Shown in pieces: positions 29,540 through 41,431 of a stretch of DNA of 54,363 nt. The position numbers and the translations under genes are program-made. Below the pieces are notes generated by a model. The model worked only from the letters and a program-made list of their open reading frames with translations, was not told where the DNA came from and made no database searches. The DNA comes from Bdellovibrionales bacterium. Lineage in GTDB: Bacteria; Bdellovibrionota; Bdellovibrionia; Bdellovibrionales; JAMPXM01. The stretch is from NCBI GenBank assembly GCA_043739185.1, contig JAYUEN010000116.1, positions 1 through 54,363 of the forward strand. The letters run 5' to 3'. Positions within the stretch are counted from its first letter, which is position 1. Each line of letters begins with the position of its first letter.

Positions 29540-31339
29540 ATGGATCCAAAGTTTATTCGAAATTTCTCTATCATCGCGCACATTGATCACGGCAAGTCCA
29601 CGCTTGCCGATTGTTTGATGTCCGCGGCAGGTACAGTATCGGATCGCGAGAAAAAAGCGCAATTTTTAGATAATATGGATCTTGAGCGCGAACGTGGGAT
29701 TACAATCAAAGCGCAAACTGTGAGACTCAATTACAAAGCCAAAGATGGGAACTTTTACGAACTCAATCTAATTGATACTCCCGGGCACGTCGATTTTTCT
29801 TATGAAGTTTCGCGTTCATTGGCTGCCTGTGAGGGCGCGATTTTAGTGGTCGATGCCGCCCAAGGTGTTGAGGCGCAAACTCTTGCAAATGTCTATTTGG
29901 CAATTGAAAACAATCTCGAGATTATTCCAGTCCTAAATAAAATTGATCTGCCTTCCGCTGACCCTGAAGGGGTGAAACGTCAAATTGAAGAGACCATTGG
30001 TCTTGATTGTAGTGAAGCCATCATGGCAAGTGCCAAAGAGATGATCGGAATTGTTGATATTCTCGAAGCCATCATTAAGAAAGTTCCCCCGCCAAAAGCC
30101 AATCGTGATTTGCCATTAAGGGCACTCATTTTCGATTCGTGGTTTGATTCTTATCAGGGCGTGGTCACACTCTGTCGACTTATGGATGGCACTGTAAAAA
30201 AAGGTGATCGTATTAAGTTTATGTCGGGTGGACAGGATTACGAAGTTTTAAAGCTTGGAGTGTTTTCGCCATTCGCCACCGAATTGAATACCCTTGAGTC
30301 TGGTGAAGTGGGTTATTTCATTTGTGGCATCAAGGATATACGTGAAATTAAAGTGGGTGATACAGTTACCACTAAAAAATCTCCTGCGACCGAAGCTTTG
30401 GCGGGATTTAAAAAAATCAAGCCAATGGTTTTCTCAGGGATTTTTCCGATAGTTTCAACAGATTATGAAAATCTCAAGGATTCTTTGGATAAGCTTTGTC
30501 TCAATGATTCTTCATTGTCTTTTGAGCCTGAAAAGTCAGCCGCCCTCGGATTTGGATATCGATGTGGCTTTTTAGGGCTTCTGCACATGGAGATCGTACA
30601 AGAACGACTTGAGCGCGAATTCAATTTAAATTTGATTACGACGGCACCAACAGTTGTCTATAAAGTTCATCGTACCGACGGAAGAGTGATCGATCTTGAA
30701 AATCCAGCGTTTTTACCCGATGAAACCCAAATTGAAAAAATTGAAGAACCTTATGTGAAAATCACGATTCATACTCCGAGTGATTTCATCGGTGGGATTT
30801 TAAAACTTTGCGAAGATAAAAGAGGCACCCAAATCAAAATGGATTATGTCTCAGATAAAAAAGTAATGATCGAATACAAACTTCCCATGAATGAAATGGT
30901 CATGGATTTTTACGACCGCTTAAAGTCCATTAGCAAGGGTTACGCTTCTCTTGAATATGAACTAATGGGCTTTGAAGAGGGCGACTTGGCTAAACTTGAT
31001 ATTCTTATAAATGGCGAGCCAATCGATGCGCTCTCTTTGATAGTCCATCGCTCAAAGGCGATAAATCGTGGCAAATTGCTTTGTGAAAAAATGAAGGAAT
31101 TGATTCCGCGCCAGCAATACCAAGTGGCAATTCAAGCGGCCATTGGCGCTAAGATCATTGCTCGCGAAACCATCGGTGCTTTACGCAAAGACGTGACAGC
31201 TAAGTGTTATGGTGGTGATATTAGTCGAAAGAGAAAGCTCTTGGAGCGCCAAAAAGAAGGTAAAAAACGCATGAAACAAGTGGGGAGCGTTGACGTTCCG
31301 CAAGAGGCGTTTTTAGCAATTCTTAAGGTAGAAGATTAA
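29540..31339 (+). CDS. lepA: Translation elongation factor 4
   Basis: [60 protein letters not shown]. Confidence 0.98.
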   Translation: MDPKFIRNFSIIAHIDHGKSTLADCLMSAAGTVSDREKKAQFLDNMDLERERGITIKAQTVRLNYKAKDGNFYELNLIDTPGHVDFSYEVSRSLAACEGAILVVDAAQGVEAQTLANVYLAIENNLEIIPVLNKIDLPSADPEGVKRQIEETIGLDCSEAIMASAKEMIGIVDILEAIIKKVPPPKANRDLPLRALIFDSWFDSYQGVVTLCRLMDGTVKKGDRIKFMSGGQDYEVLKLGVFSPFATELNTLESGEVGYFICGIKDIREIKVGDTVTTKKSPATEALAGFKKIKPMVFSGIFPIVSTDYENLKDSLDKLCLNDSSLSFEPEKSAALGFGYRCGFLGLLHMEIVQERLEREFNLNLITTAPTVVYKVHRTDGRVIDLENPAFLPDETQIEKIEEPYVKITIHTPSDFIGGILKLCEDKRGTQIKMDYVSDKKVMIEYKLPMNEMVMDFYDRLKSISKGYASLEYELMGFEEGDLAKLDILINGEPIDALSLIVHRSKAINRGKLLCEKMKELIPRQQYQVAIQAAIGAKIIARETIGALRKDVTAKCYGGDISRKRKLLERQKEGKKRMKQVGSVDVPQEAFLAILKVED

Positions 31340-31370
31340 GCTTAATTCATTCGAGACGGAGAATTTAAAG

Positions 31371-32102
31371 ATGGGCAATAAAAAATTTTGGACAGAAGGC
31401 TATGGCTCCTTTGCGATTGCAATATTGATTGCGCTTTCTATACGCTGGGCTCTTATGGAGGCCTATGTTATCCCAAGTGCGAGCATGCTGCCTTCGCTCT
31501 TGATTCATGACCACATTTTCGTAAATAAATTGGTTTTTGGAGTGCGCGTACCTTTTAGTGAGGACTGGCTCGTGAAATTTCGTCTTCCAAAAAGAGGCGA
31601 AGTCATAGTTTTTAAATATCCGCTTGATAAGAGCATTTTTTTCATCAAGAGAGTGGTTGGGGTACCAGGCGATCACGTCACCTACGACAGTGGCAAGCTC
31701 ATGATCAATGATCAGGTTATTCCAAATGAGCCGGCTACAACTCAAGAAGATTTCGACGAATTGCGACCAAACGATTTTCAAGGCGGCGACGGTACCGACA
31801 ATTATAATCACTTAAGAGAAAAATTGACCTCTGAATTGACTCATCCAATTATGATTCGAAAAGGCGAAAACCCATATCCGCTGAATGGTTCGTGGACAGT
31901 TCCCGAGGGGAAATTATTTGTGATGGGTGATAATCGTGACAACTCTGCAGATAGTCGTAAGTGGGGTTGGGTTCCTGAAGAAAACATTCTCGGTCGGGCT
32001 ATGTTTGTTTGGCTCAGCTGCGAAGATACTTTGCCTTACGTAAATTTCTTGTGTAATCCGCTTGAGTTAAGATGGGGTCGATTTCTACATCAGGTGAAGT
32101 AA
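31371..32102 (+). CDS. lepB: Signal peptidase I (copy 1)
   Basis: IPSASM (Ser), IKRVVG (Lys), MGDNRDNSADSR. Confidence 0.93.
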   Translation: MGNKKFWTEGYGSFAIAILIALSIRWALMEAYVIPSASMLPSLLIHDHIFVNKLVFGVRVPFSEDWLVKFRLPKRGEVIVFKYPLDKSIFFIKRVVGVPGDHVTYDSGKLMINDQVIPNEPATTQEDFDELRPNDFQGGDGTDNYNHLREKLTSELTHPIMIRKGENPYPLNGSWTVPEGKLFVMGDNRDNSADSRKWGWVPEENILGRAMFVWLSCEDTLPYVNFLCNPLELRWGRFLHQVK

Positions 32103-32108
32103 AATAAA

Positions 32109-32906
32109 ATGAGTGCGCCAAGTGTTTCTCAGATTCAGCAGGACAAAAAGGATCTCAGAGCCACTTGGTCTATGGCGCTCAAAGGCTTTCTCCTTCCGTT
32201 TTTAATTATCTTAGGTTTTCGCTGGGCACTTTTTGAGCCTTATGTTATCCCAAGCGGAAGCATGATTCCAAATTTACTCATTCATGACTATATTTTGGTA
32301 AATAAATTTGCCTATGGTTTTCGCTTGCCATTTACCTACAATTATCTTTTTAGTTGGAGTCATCCGAAGCGTGGTGAAGTTATTGTCTTTAGAAATGTTG
32401 GCGCCGAAGATTATTTTTTAGTTAAAAGAGTGGTGGGCTTACCAGGGGATACCATTTCATATAGTTCGAATGGCGAACTTGTGATTAACAATCAAATAGT
32501 TGAAACCAAAAATCCAAGTGCCGACCAATTAGATATGTTTCTATCAAAAATTCCATTTTTTTCTCAAACAAAATATCTTGAGCACTTTGATTTTAATATT
32601 GAGAATTTTTCAGATGCTAAATCCGTTACGGGGCCGAGCGCCCAACATTTCGTATTGAAGCAAAAGGGCCAACTCAATCGGCTAGAGCAGGCACCGATTC
32701 AAGTGCCAGATGGACATTATTTTATGATGGGGGACAATCGAGATCACTCTTCAGATAGTCGAGTCTGGGGGCTTCTGCCGTTTAGAAATGTTTTGGGGCG
32801 CGCCAGTCTTATTTGGTTTTCCTGTGAAAGTGATGAAAACAATACTCAAGACTTTTGTGATCCTCGCGGATTGCGTTTTATGCGAATCATGACTAGAATT
32901 AACTAA
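32109..32906 (+). CDS. lepB: Signal peptidase I (copy 2)
   Basis: IPSGSM, VKRVVG, MGDNRDHSSDSR. Confidence 0.93.
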   Translation: MSAPSVSQIQQDKKDLRATWSMALKGFLLPFLIILGFRWALFEPYVIPSGSMIPNLLIHDYILVNKFAYGFRLPFTYNYLFSWSHPKRGEVIVFRNVGAEDYFLVKRVVGLPGDTISYSSNGELVINNQIVETKNPSADQLDMFLSKIPFFSQTKYLEHFDFNIENFSDAKSVTGPSAQHFVLKQKGQLNRLEQAPIQVPDGHYFMMGDNRDHSSDSRVWGLLPFRNVLGRASLIWFSCESDENNTQDFCDPRGLRFMRIMTRIN

Positions 32907-32939
32907 TTTCGGTTTTTCTATTCAGGAGGCAGCACTCAA

Positions 32940-33653
32940 TTGTCTTTAAAAGTTCCGAATCGGATTATTTTTCGCGAATATTTTGAAAGCCTTTTGGTGG
33001 CAATTGTCATTGCACTTATTTTGAGATTCTTCGTTGTTTCTGCTTATAAAATTCCGACAGGCTCGATGACTCCAACTCTCAAGGTCGGAGACTTTGTTTT
33101 TGCCTACAAACTTAACTATGGAGTTAGCATTCCTTTCTCAGGCGGCGAACGTATTGCGAGTCGGCTCCCGCTTCGGGGCGATGTGGTCGTTTTTAAGTTT
33201 CCTGGACATGAAAATACAATTTATGTGAAGCGTGTTGTGGGCTTGCCCGGGGACCATATTCAAATAAAGAATAAAATGCTCTTTGTTAATGGGGCGGCGG
33301 CTCAATATACACTCGCCAAATCAGACGTCATTGAGGATTTGCCAAGTAAAGAATATTATTCAGTTTACAGCGAAGAGTCTTACGGAAACTCGCATCTCAT
33401 TATTTATAATCAAACCCAAAAAGAAAAAGAATCTTCTGACTTCGGCCCGGTAATTGTCCCGCCCCAACAAGTATTTGTACTTGGTGACAATCGAGATTCG
33501 AGCGATGATTCACGCTATTGGGGATCCGTTCCAGTCAAAAATATTGAAGGTCAAATTGTCTTGGTGTGGCTATCGCTTGATTGGCTAAACCGATGGGGTA
33601 CCGATCAAATGCCTCAGGTTCGTTGGAGTCGAGTCTTTCAAGCTGTTAGGTGA
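32940..33653 (+). CDS. lepB: Signal peptidase I (copy 3)
   Basis: IPTGSM, VKRVVG, LGDNRDSSDDSR; TTG start after AGGAGG. Confidence 0.92.
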   Translation: MSLKVPNRIIFREYFESLLVAIVIALILRFFVVSAYKIPTGSMTPTLKVGDFVFAYKLNYGVSIPFSGGERIASRLPLRGDVVVFKFPGHENTIYVKRVVGLPGDHIQIKNKMLFVNGAAAQYTLAKSDVIEDLPSKEYYSVYSEESYGNSHLIIYNQTQKEKESSDFGPVIVPPQQVFVLGDNRDSSDDSRYWGSVPVKNIEGQIVLVWLSLDWLNRWGTDQMPQVRWSRVFQAVR

Positions 33654-33722
33654 GCGTCCATTGAAATCAAAGGCGGGATAAGCTTTCAGGTGCGCCCTAA
33701 AACAAAGAAATTTAGAACTCGC

Positions 33723-33751
33723 TTGACCGGTCAAATCCGGGGGCTTAACAT
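33723..33751 (+). promoter_or_regulatory. Putative sigma70 promoter of pyrB-carA-orf-carB
   Basis: TTGACC-N17-TAACAT ending 8 bp before the pyrB ATG. Confidence 0.5.
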
Positions 33752-33759
33752 TTCAAGCG

Positions 33760-34686
33760 ATGGCAAGTTTTGGGCGCTCGCTCATTGATACAAATGGTCT
33801 CTCTGTACAGCAAATCGAATTCCTTTTTTCTCTTGCCGATCAATACAGCGAAAACTTTAAAAAATTCGGATTTTTTTTAAATCCAAAAGTAAAAAAGATA
33901 CTTTGTTGCATTTTCTTTGAGCCAAGCACCAGAACTAGGATGAGCTTTCAGATTGCGGCAGAACGCTTGGGTATGTCGGTAGTCGTAATGGAGAGTAGCA
34001 GTTCAAGTCTGGTAAAAGGGGAGTCGCTCTCGGATACGATTCTCAACCTTTCGGCCATGAATCCCGACGCTCTTGTTGTTCGCTATGGGCATTCACCAGA
34101 ATTAGATTCCGTATTACCACATTTAAAAACTCCAGTTATAAATGCCGGAAGTGGCATCAAAGCGCATCCGACACAGGGACTTTTAGATGCATACACGATT
34201 TTGAAAGTGAAGGGCCAAATTCACGGCCAAAGAGTGGTCATCATCGGAGATATTGCGCACTCAAGAGTGGCTCGTTCCAATTTTGATGTTTTACGTAGGT
34301 TGGGAGCAGAAGTAGCTTTTTGTGGTCCTGACAATTTCATGGGCTCAGAAAATGAATTTAAGGGCGCTCAAAAGTTTACAAAATTGAAAGAGGCACTAGA
34401 ATGGTGCACGGTCTGTATGGGTTTAAGAATTCAACTTGAAAGACATGATGCCGCTGATCTCAATTCCCTGTCCGTTGACGATTATCATAGCCAGTTTGGT
34501 TTAAATGAACGAAGCCTAAGATATTTGCCTTCAGATGCCTTAATACTTCACCCGGGCCCAATAAATCTGGGGGTTGAATTTGCAAATGAAGTTTTAACCG
34601 ATTCACGTTCTGAAGTTTTAACACAGGTCTCAAATGGAGTTTTAATTCGCGCCGCTGTACTTGCTACTCTTACCCGCCTCACTTAG
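33760..34686 (+). CDS. pyrB: Aspartate carbamoyltransferase catalytic subunit
   Basis: FFEPSTRT, KGESL.DT, INAG.G...HPTQGLLD, HSRVARSN, HPGP. Confidence 0.96.
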   Translation: MASFGRSLIDTNGLSVQQIEFLFSLADQYSENFKKFGFFLNPKVKKILCCIFFEPSTRTRMSFQIAAERLGMSVVVMESSSSSLVKGESLSDTILNLSAMNPDALVVRYGHSPELDSVLPHLKTPVINAGSGIKAHPTQGLLDAYTILKVKGQIHGQRVVIIGDIAHSRVARSNFDVLRRLGAEVAFCGPDNFMGSENEFKGAQKFTKLKEALEWCTVCMGLRIQLERHDAADLNSLSVDDYHSQFGLNERSLRYLPSDALILHPGPINLGVEFANEVLTDSRSEVLTQVSNGVLIRAAVLATLTRLT

Positions 34687-34697
34687 GATAGGAGCCT

Positions 34698-35765
34698 ATG
34701 GAATTTGGATGTTTGGTTCTCGAAACCGGAGAAATTTTTAAGGGAGAATGGCGCGGAGGAGAAGCTTTCGCTGGCGAAGTGGTGTTTAATACGTCCCATT
34801 CTGGTTATGAAGAAATGGCCACGGATCCATCATATTTCAATCAAATCATGGTTTGCACCGCGCCGATGCAGGGAAACTATGGGGCAAGTCGTGAAGTATG
34901 GGAGTCGCGTGATCTGTGGTTTCAAGGATTTGTTTGTCAAGAAATTCAAAGTTCGAAGCGTGATTCGTCTTGGCTCCAAACTCTGACCGATAAGAAAATT
35001 CCGGTTTTAACAGATCTCGACACGCGTAAGATTGTGCTAAGGCTGCGCGAAAGCGGCACGCCGTGGGGAGCTTTGGTAAAATACACCTCAGATACAAATG
35101 CGCGGCAGACTGCCTTTTCGCTTATTGAGAAGAAAAAATCCGAAGATAAAGATTGGGTATATCGAGTGTCTCGTCCGCAGTTACAAGTTTATAAAGGTGA
35201 AAAATTAACCGGACCGCGTGTGGCTATTTTAGACTATGGTTGTAAAGAAAATACCATTCGTGAATTGGTGAAATCTTGTTCTGAGGTCGGCGTATTTAAT
35301 TCTCGAGTTGGGGCTCGCGAAATTAAAGATTGGAGTCCTCAAGGTATTTTGCTTTCAAATGGCCCTGGTGATCCTGGCGATGTGAAAGTAACTATTCAAA
35401 CTGTTCAGGAGCTCCTCGGCTGGAAACCCATATTCGGCATTTGCATGGGAAACCAAATTCTTTCTTTGGCACTGGGAGCAAAGACCTATAAGTTGAAATT
35501 TGGTCATCGTGGCAGTAACCATCCTGTGCGCGATTTACTTACCGGAAGTGTTTATGTCACATCTCAAAATCACGGCTATGCTGTGGATGAGAAGTCTTTG
35601 CCGTCTTCAGTTCGAGTCTCACAAATCAATTTGAATGATCAAAGTCTTGAGGGGATTGAGTGTGTTTCGAAAAAATGCTTTAGCGTCCAATATCATCCTG
35701 AGAGCCACCCGGGGCCACATGAAGCCAGAAAATTATTTGATTACTTCTTGGAGCAATTAAAATGA
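34698..35765 (+). CDS. carA: Carbamoyl-phosphate synthase small subunit
   Basis: GEVVFNT..SGY.E..TDPSY, SNGPGDP, GICMGNQ, QNHG, QYHPE. Confidence 0.97.
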   Translation: MEFGCLVLETGEIFKGEWRGGEAFAGEVVFNTSHSGYEEMATDPSYFNQIMVCTAPMQGNYGASREVWESRDLWFQGFVCQEIQSSKRDSSWLQTLTDKKIPVLTDLDTRKIVLRLRESGTPWGALVKYTSDTNARQTAFSLIEKKKSEDKDWVYRVSRPQLQVYKGEKLTGPRVAILDYGCKENTIRELVKSCSEVGVFNSRVGAREIKDWSPQGILLSNGPGDPGDVKVTIQTVQELLGWKPIFGICMGNQILSLALGAKTYKLKFGHRGSNHPVRDLLTGSVYVTSQNHGYAVDEKSLPSSVRVSQINLNDQSLEGIECVSKKCFSVQYHPESHPGPHEARKLFDYFLEQLK

Positions 35766-36499
35766 GTGAAATTCGAGAGCCGTCCAATTTGGGCGAACAA
35801 ATTATAATTGAGAAATCCTTTTTACAAAATACGAGTGATCCAATCACCGCTGCCAATTCTCATTACGAACTGATTGATCGGCTCATTGTTTTTTTTACTT
35901 CAACAGATTATGCGGCTGAAGTGGCGGATGCCAAACGAGAGTTCTTTGACGAAGCCGGCGTTATGGATGAAGAGAACATTTTCTTCGAAATGCGAGTAAC
36001 TCAATTCTTAGAGTGGTATCTTTTCTCTAGACCTCTGATAGCAAGTTTGGTGACTCCGGCGCGAGCAGCCATTTCAGAACCCAAATTTTTAAAGGCAGAT
36101 CATGAATTAATTCGTCTACAAAACCTAGCCAATCTCAAACATAGTTTGTTTGAATTTCAAAAAATTCGTGGGGATGATGTTTTCATCCGAGATCTTTTTA
36201 CAGGTGAGAAAATTTTAATTCAAAAATCTCCAATTCAAATTGGTTTTAGCCGTGAAGAAATCTTTGATGCCCGATTGTTTCTAGATGATGGTAAATATCA
36301 ATTTACCCGAGCCTTTGCTTTTCACCCCGTTGATGCAACTGACTATATTTTAGATGAAATTAAAAAAGTCGAACGCGCTGATTTTGTCTTGCAAGATATT
36401 TTAATGTTGAGGCTTTTAAAAATGCGCTACAAGTATGAGCAGTATCGACATTTGAAATTAGAAGATGTCTATACAAATGAGCGCAAGGTGAGATTTTAA
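35762..36499 (+). CDS. Hypothetical cytoplasmic protein between carA and carB
   Basis: 245-aa ORF overlapping the carA stop (ATGA/TAA region) and the carB start (TAATG); no recognised family. Confidence 0.8.
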   Translation: MSEIREPSNLGEQIIIEKSFLQNTSDPITAANSHYELIDRLIVFFTSTDYAAEVADAKREFFDEAGVMDEENIFFEMRVTQFLEWYLFSRPLIASLVTPARAAISEPKFLKADHELIRLQNLANLKHSLFEFQKIRGDDVFIRDLFTGEKILIQKSPIQIGFSREEIFDARLFLDDGKYQFTRAFAFHPVDATDYILDEIKKVERADFVLQDILMLRLLKMRYKYEQYRHLKLEDVYTNERKVRF

Positions 36500-39400
36500 T
36501 GCCAAGAATTGCAAAGCTGAAAAAAGTATTAATCATAGGCAGCGGTCCGATCGTAATTGGCCAAGCCTGTGAATTTGACTATTCGGGAACTCAAGCTTGC
36601 AAAGCACTTATGCAAGAAGGCCTCGAAGTCATTTTGGTGAATTCTAATCCCGCGACGATCATGACCGATCCTGATCTTGCAACGAGAGTTTATATTGAGC
36701 CTTTAACAACTTCTTATTTAGAAAAAATTCTTGAAATTGAAAGGCCGGATGCAGTGATACCCACTTTGGGCGGGCAAACGGCATTAAATTTGGCTCTTTC
36801 TTTGTATAATAAAGGTATTTTGAAACGCCTCGGAATTGAATTGCTAGGAAGCTCACCAGCGGTAATTAAAGCAGCCGAGGATCGTGAACTGTTTAGAGAT
36901 ATTCTTCACCAAGTTGGGGCATCTTCTACAAAGAGTGAAATGGTAAGAAGTTTTGATCAAGGGCTTAAACTCGGCGAGAAATTTGGCTATCCATTAATTT
37001 TAAGACCCAATTATACTTTGGGTGGTGGTGGTGGTGGCATTGCCTATTCTGAAGAAGAATATCAGATCATGCTTGCCCGGGCATTGAAAGAGAGCCCGAG
37101 TACAGAAGTTTTGGTTGAGGAAAGTATTCTCGGCTGGAAGGAGTTTGAGCTCGAAATTATGCGCGATCGCGCTGGTACTTTCGTGATTGTTTGTTCGATT
37201 GAAAATTTCGATCCTTGCGGAGTTCATACGGGCGATAGTATTACCGTGGCGCCGCAACAAACTTTGAGTGACCGTGAATACCAAGCCATGAGAGACGAGG
37301 CGAAAAAAATTGTTGAAGCCGTAGGTCTTGAATGTGGTGGCGCGAATATTCAATTTGCCGTTCATCCCGATACCGGTGATCGAGTTGTCATAGAAATGAA
37401 TCCACGAGTAAGCCGATCTAGTGCCTTGGCGAGTAAAGCCACGGGCTTTCCAATTGCCAAGATTGCAGCACTCGTGGCTATTGGCTATACTTTAGATGAA
37501 ATCTCCAATGATATTACCAAAAGCACGCCTTCTTGCTACGAGCCCGCTCTCGATTATATCGTAACAAAAATTCCCAGGTTTGCTTTTGAAAAATTCCCAG
37601 GATCTCAAGATCTGCTTACGACTCAAATGAAAAGTGTGGGCGAGGTTATGGGGATTGGACGTACCTTTAAGGAGTCTCTTCAAAAAGCCCTTTCGTCGCT
37701 TGAAAATCGAGATGAAGGTTTTGCACCTGTACACTTTTCTGAAAAATTATTGAGTGAGGCGAATTCTCAAAGAATATTTCATATTGCGCAAGCTTTTCGA
37801 GAAGGTAAATCGGTCGATGAAATTTTCAAGATGACCCAAATCACGCCCTGGTTTTTAGAGCAAATTGAGGACATCATTGAACTTGAGAATGAGCTAGTCG
37901 ATTTAGAATTGAATTCCGAAAATATTTTGAAGGCTAAGCGCCTAGGCTTTTCCGATCATACTTTGGCACGACTGAAAAAAACCACTACTGAAAAAATATT
38001 AGAAATTCGAAATAAGCATAGTATCCACCCAGGATTTGGCCGAATTGATACGTGCGCAGGAGAATTTTTTTCAGAAACTCCTTACTTTTACTCATCCTAT
38101 TGGTTTGATCCTCAAGCAAAAAATAAAGAACAGCAAAAAAATAAAGTAGTAGTTTTGGGTAGCGGACCGAACCGCATCGGACAAGGTATTGAATTTGATT
38201 ATTCTTGTGTTCGCGGAGTAAAGCGCTTTCAAAAAGAGAATTTGAAAGTTGTCATGATCAATTCAAATCCGGAAACGGTATCCACTGATTACGATACCAG
38301 TGATGAACTTTATTTTGAGCCCTTGACGGCCGAAGCGGTTACCGAGATCTTGTATCGAGTTAATCCTCTAGGGGTGGTATCCCAACTTGGCGGGCAAACC
38401 CCAATTAATATCGCTGAGCAACTGGTGAGTCGGGGCTTTAGCTTGCTGGGTTCCTCACTTGAATCTATTGATTTGGCCGAAGATCGCGCCAAATTTACAA
38501 AAGTCTGCAATCAACTAGATTTTAAAATTCCAGCCAGTGGCATGGCTTCGAACTACGGTGAAGCTGAAAAAATAGCACGACGAGTGGGCTATCCAATGAT
38601 TTGTCGGCCCAGCTATGTATTGGGCGGCAGAAGAATGGAAGTTGTTGAAAGCGATGAAGAGTTAAATTCCTATTTCGATAGACATGCCGAAGCCATCGGT
38701 ATCGATCGACCTTGTCTTATGGACGAATTTTTAGAAGGTGCCTTAGAAGTCGACGTGGATTTGGTGCGAGGCAAGGATTGGACAGTAATTGGCGGAATAG
38801 TTGAGCATATTGAAGCCGCCGGTATTCACAGCGGGGATAGTATGGGCGTATTACCGCCGCAAAGATTAAAAGTTGAAACCTGTTTGAAAATTGAGAGTTT
38901 AAGTATTCGCCTCGCGGATAAATTAAATACAATTGGTTATCTTAATCTTCAACTCGCAATTAAAAATGATCAAGTTTATATGCTCGAGGCAAATCCTCGA
39001 AGCTCTAGATCGGTTCCATTTGTTTCAAAGGCCACGCTTATACCCATAGTAGATCTTGGCGTTTTTGCAATGCTTGGCTATGACAAAAACCGAGTGAAGC
39101 CCGCACAGTACAATTGGCGAAATGTTTCCCATGTGAGCGTAAAAGGAGTGGTATTTCCATTTAAAAAGTTTCCAGAAGCCGACTCACTTCTTGGTCCCGA
39201 AATGAAGTCGACTGGCGAAAGTATGGGACGAGGGGCTGATTATGCCGAGGCCTTATTGAAGGCGTCACTGTCCTCGCACATTTTTCTTCCTACACAGGGA
39301 GAAATTTTTCTCTCACTACGAGATAAAGATAAAGAAGAAATGTTACCATTATTAGAGTCATTGATTAAAATCGGATATAGTATTTCAGCGACCAGCGGAA

Positions 39401-39690
39401 CGGCAAAATTTTTATATGAAAATGGGATCGATTGCATTCCAGTTAAAAAAGTTCATGAGGGACGACCGAATTGTGTCGACCGAATACGTTCTGGCCAGGT
39501 GGCACTAGTAATTAATACCACATCTGGACGAAGGTCAGTTGAGGCAAGTTTCAATATTCGAAGAAGCTGTATTGATTTTTCGATTCCGTGTCTTACAGAG
39601 AGCCATGCCGTCCAGGCCCTTCATCTGGCGCTATTGAAATTAAAATCGCATTCTTTTGGAGTTTCAGCTCTTTCTAAAATGATCTTGTAG
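36499..39690 (+). CDS. carB: Carbamoyl-phosphate synthase large subunit
   Basis: [17 protein letters not shown], duplicated ATP-grasp halves ([15 protein letters not shown]), C-terminal MGS domain. Confidence 0.98.
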   Translation: MPRIAKLKKVLIIGSGPIVIGQACEFDYSGTQACKALMQEGLEVILVNSNPATIMTDPDLATRVYIEPLTTSYLEKILEIERPDAVIPTLGGQTALNLALSLYNKGILKRLGIELLGSSPAVIKAAEDRELFRDILHQVGASSTKSEMVRSFDQGLKLGEKFGYPLILRPNYTLGGGGGGIAYSEEEYQIMLARALKESPSTEVLVEESILGWKEFELEIMRDRAGTFVIVCSIENFDPCGVHTGDSITVAPQQTLSDREYQAMRDEAKKIVEAVGLECGGANIQFAVHPDTGDRVVIEMNPRVSRSSALASKATGFPIAKIAALVAIGYTLDEISNDITKSTPSCYEPALDYIVTKIPRFAFEKFPGSQDLLTTQMKSVGEVMGIGRTFKESLQKALSSLENRDEGFAPVHFSEKLLSEANSQRIFHIAQAFREGKSVDEIFKMTQITPWFLEQIEDIIELENELVDLELNSENILKAKRLGFSDHTLARLKKTTTEKILEIRNKHSIHPGFGRIDTCAGEFFSETPYFYSSYWFDPQAKNKEQQKNKVVVLGSGPNRIGQGIEFDYSCVRGVKRFQKENLKVVMINSNPETVSTDYDTSDELYFEPLTAEAVTEILYRVNPLGVVSQLGGQTPINIAEQLVSRGFSLLGSSLESIDLAEDRAKFTKVCNQLDFKIPASGMASNYGEAEKIARRVGYPMICRPSYVLGGRRMEVVESDEELNSYFDRHAEAIGIDRPCLMDEFLEGALEVDVDLVRGKDWTVIGGIVEHIEAAGIHSGDSMGVLPPQRLKVETCLKIESLSIRLADKLNTIGYLNLQLAIKNDQVYMLEANPRSSRSVPFVSKATLIPIVDLGVFAMLGYDKNRVKPAQYNWRNVSHVSVKGVVFPFKKFPEADSLLGPEMKSTGESMGRGADYAEALLKASLSSHIFLPTQGEIFLSLRDKDKEEMLPLLESLIKIGYSISATSGTAKFLYENGIDCIPVKKVHEGRPNCVDRIRSGQVALVINTTSGRRSVEASFNIRRSCIDFSIPCLTESHAVQALHLALLKLKSHSFGVSALSKMIL

Positions 39691-39757
39691 ACTCATGTGA
39701 AATTCAAGATAATAGGTCTATCAATAGACGATCTAATACTTTTGGAGTTTCATCACC

Positions 39758-40627
39758 ATGAGTGTACTACGAGTCGAAAAATTAAAAAAAACTTATCGCC
39801 GAAACCGCACAAATGTTCAGGCCATCAAGGGAATCAGCTTTGAAATAAATCCGGGGACAGTTACTGGGTTTTTGGGGGCCAACGGAGCGGGTAAAACTTC
39901 AACGATCAAATGCCTTTTAGAGCTTGCCTATGCCGACGAAGGGCAAATTTATTATTTTGATAAGTTGGGTCTTACCAATGAAGCCAAATCAAAAATTGGA
40001 TTCTTACCTGAGAGACCTTATTTCTATGATTATTTAACGGGTCGAGAATTTTTGAAATTTTACGGTGAAATTTCAACGCAATTGTCTCGCATTGATTTGA
40101 AAAGCAAAATTTCTGAGCTCCTCAAACGGGTGGGACTCGAACACGCGGCAGATCGGCAATTGAGATCGTATTCAAAAGGAATGCTCCAAAGGGTGGGCAT
40201 TGCACAGGCGCTCATCCACGATCCTGAGTTTGTCATTTTAGATGAGCCAATGACTGGGCTTGATCCAGATGGGCGCTATGAGGTGCGTGAAATAATTCGT
40301 GAAACAGCGGCGCGCGGGACGGCGGTTTTCTTTAGTAGTCATTTGCTGCCTGATGCCGAGCAAAGCTGTGATCGCCTTATCATTCTTAAGTTGGGCGAAC
40401 TCGTTTATCAAGGAACCACCGACAATTTACTTGTACAGTCTGGCGCCGAATGTGAGTTGGTTTGGCAAGAAGGGGTAGCGCTGAAGAAGGAATGTGTAAA
40501 GATTGGCGAAAATTTGCAAAGGCGGATCGATTTCTTAAGAAGTAAAAATTTGAACATTGTTGAAGTAAAGCCAGTCAGACTAACTCTTGAGGAAGCTTTT
40601 GTTAAAATCGCATTTGATAAAAAATAA
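39758..40627 (+). CDS. ABC transporter ATPase (PilH-like, type IV pilus associated)
   Basis: GANGAGKT, YSKGMLQR, LDEPMTGLDP, SSH; upstream of pilD as in myxobacterial pilHI-pilD loci. Confidence 0.85.
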   Translation: MSVLRVEKLKKTYRRNRTNVQAIKGISFEINPGTVTGFLGANGAGKTSTIKCLLELAYADEGQIYYFDKLGLTNEAKSKIGFLPERPYFYDYLTGREFLKFYGEISTQLSRIDLKSKISELLKRVGLEHAADRQLRSYSKGMLQRVGIAQALIHDPEFVILDEPMTGLDPDGRYEVREIIRETAARGTAVFFSSHLLPDAEQSCDRLIILKLGELVYQGTTDNLLVQSGAECELVWQEGVALKKECVKIGENLQRRIDFLRSKNLNIVEVKPVRLTLEEAFVKIAFDKK

Positions 40628-40663
40628 AATCATGAAAGAATACGTATTTTTTGGAGTTTCGAT

Positions 40664-41431
40664 ATGAAATCAATTTGGATCATTGCTAAAAATACATTTC
40701 GCGAAATTATACGAGATCGAATTTTATATGGTATTTTGGTTTTTGCACTTTTTCTAATTGGCATAAGTCTTGTCCTTGGACAATTGAGCTTTGATGAACA
40801 GGCTCGCATTTCAATAAACTTTGGGTTTGCCGGCATTCAAATATCTGCAGCTGTTGTTTCAATTTTTATTGGGAGCAGTTTGGTCGCCAAAGAAATTGAA
40901 AAACAAACGATTCTGACTTTGTTGGCGCGCCCAATTTCTCGAGCTCAATTTATATGTGGCAAATTTTTAGGCTTAACTCTTGTCGTAACAGTTATTTCTG
41001 CAGGACTCGCTGCTGTTTTGCTCATATTAGCCTTTTATTTAAACATTAGTATTACTGCTAGTTTTTTTATTGCGATCTTTGGCGTTCTCCTTGAGGCCCT
41101 CGTACTACTTGCAATCGCGCTTTTTTTTGGATCTTTTTCTCGGCCCATTATGACGGTTATGTTTTCCGTATCACTTTTCCTATTAGGACATTGGGTCGAT
41201 AGTCTGCCATATTTTATTGCGAAAAGTCATAGTGAATCATTTAAAATTTTGGCAAAACTGGTCACAAAAGTGATTCCAAATTTAGAAATGTTTAACTGGC
41301 GAACTGCGCCCATTTATGGCGAAACAATTCCTCTGACTGATGTGGCTCTTGCCTCAGCATACTCAGCCGGCTGGGTGATTTTTTTGTTTATACTAACAAG
41401 CATCATATTTAGGAGACGAGATTTTGTTTGA
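40664..41431 (+). CDS. ABC-2 type permease (PilI-like)
   Basis: IAKNTFREIIRDRILY, EIEKQTI.TLLARPISR, about 6 TM segments, C-terminal FRRRDF. Confidence 0.85.
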   Translation: MKSIWIIAKNTFREIIRDRILYGILVFALFLIGISLVLGQLSFDEQARISINFGFAGIQISAAVVSIFIGSSLVAKEIEKQTILTLLARPISRAQFICGKFLGLTLVVTVISAGLAAVLLILAFYLNISITASFFIAIFGVLLEALVLLAIALFFGSFSRPIMTVMFSVSLFLLGHWVDSLPYFIAKSHSESFKILAKLVTKVIPNLEMFNWRTAPIYGETIPLTDVALASAYSAGWVIFLFILTSIIFRRRDFV

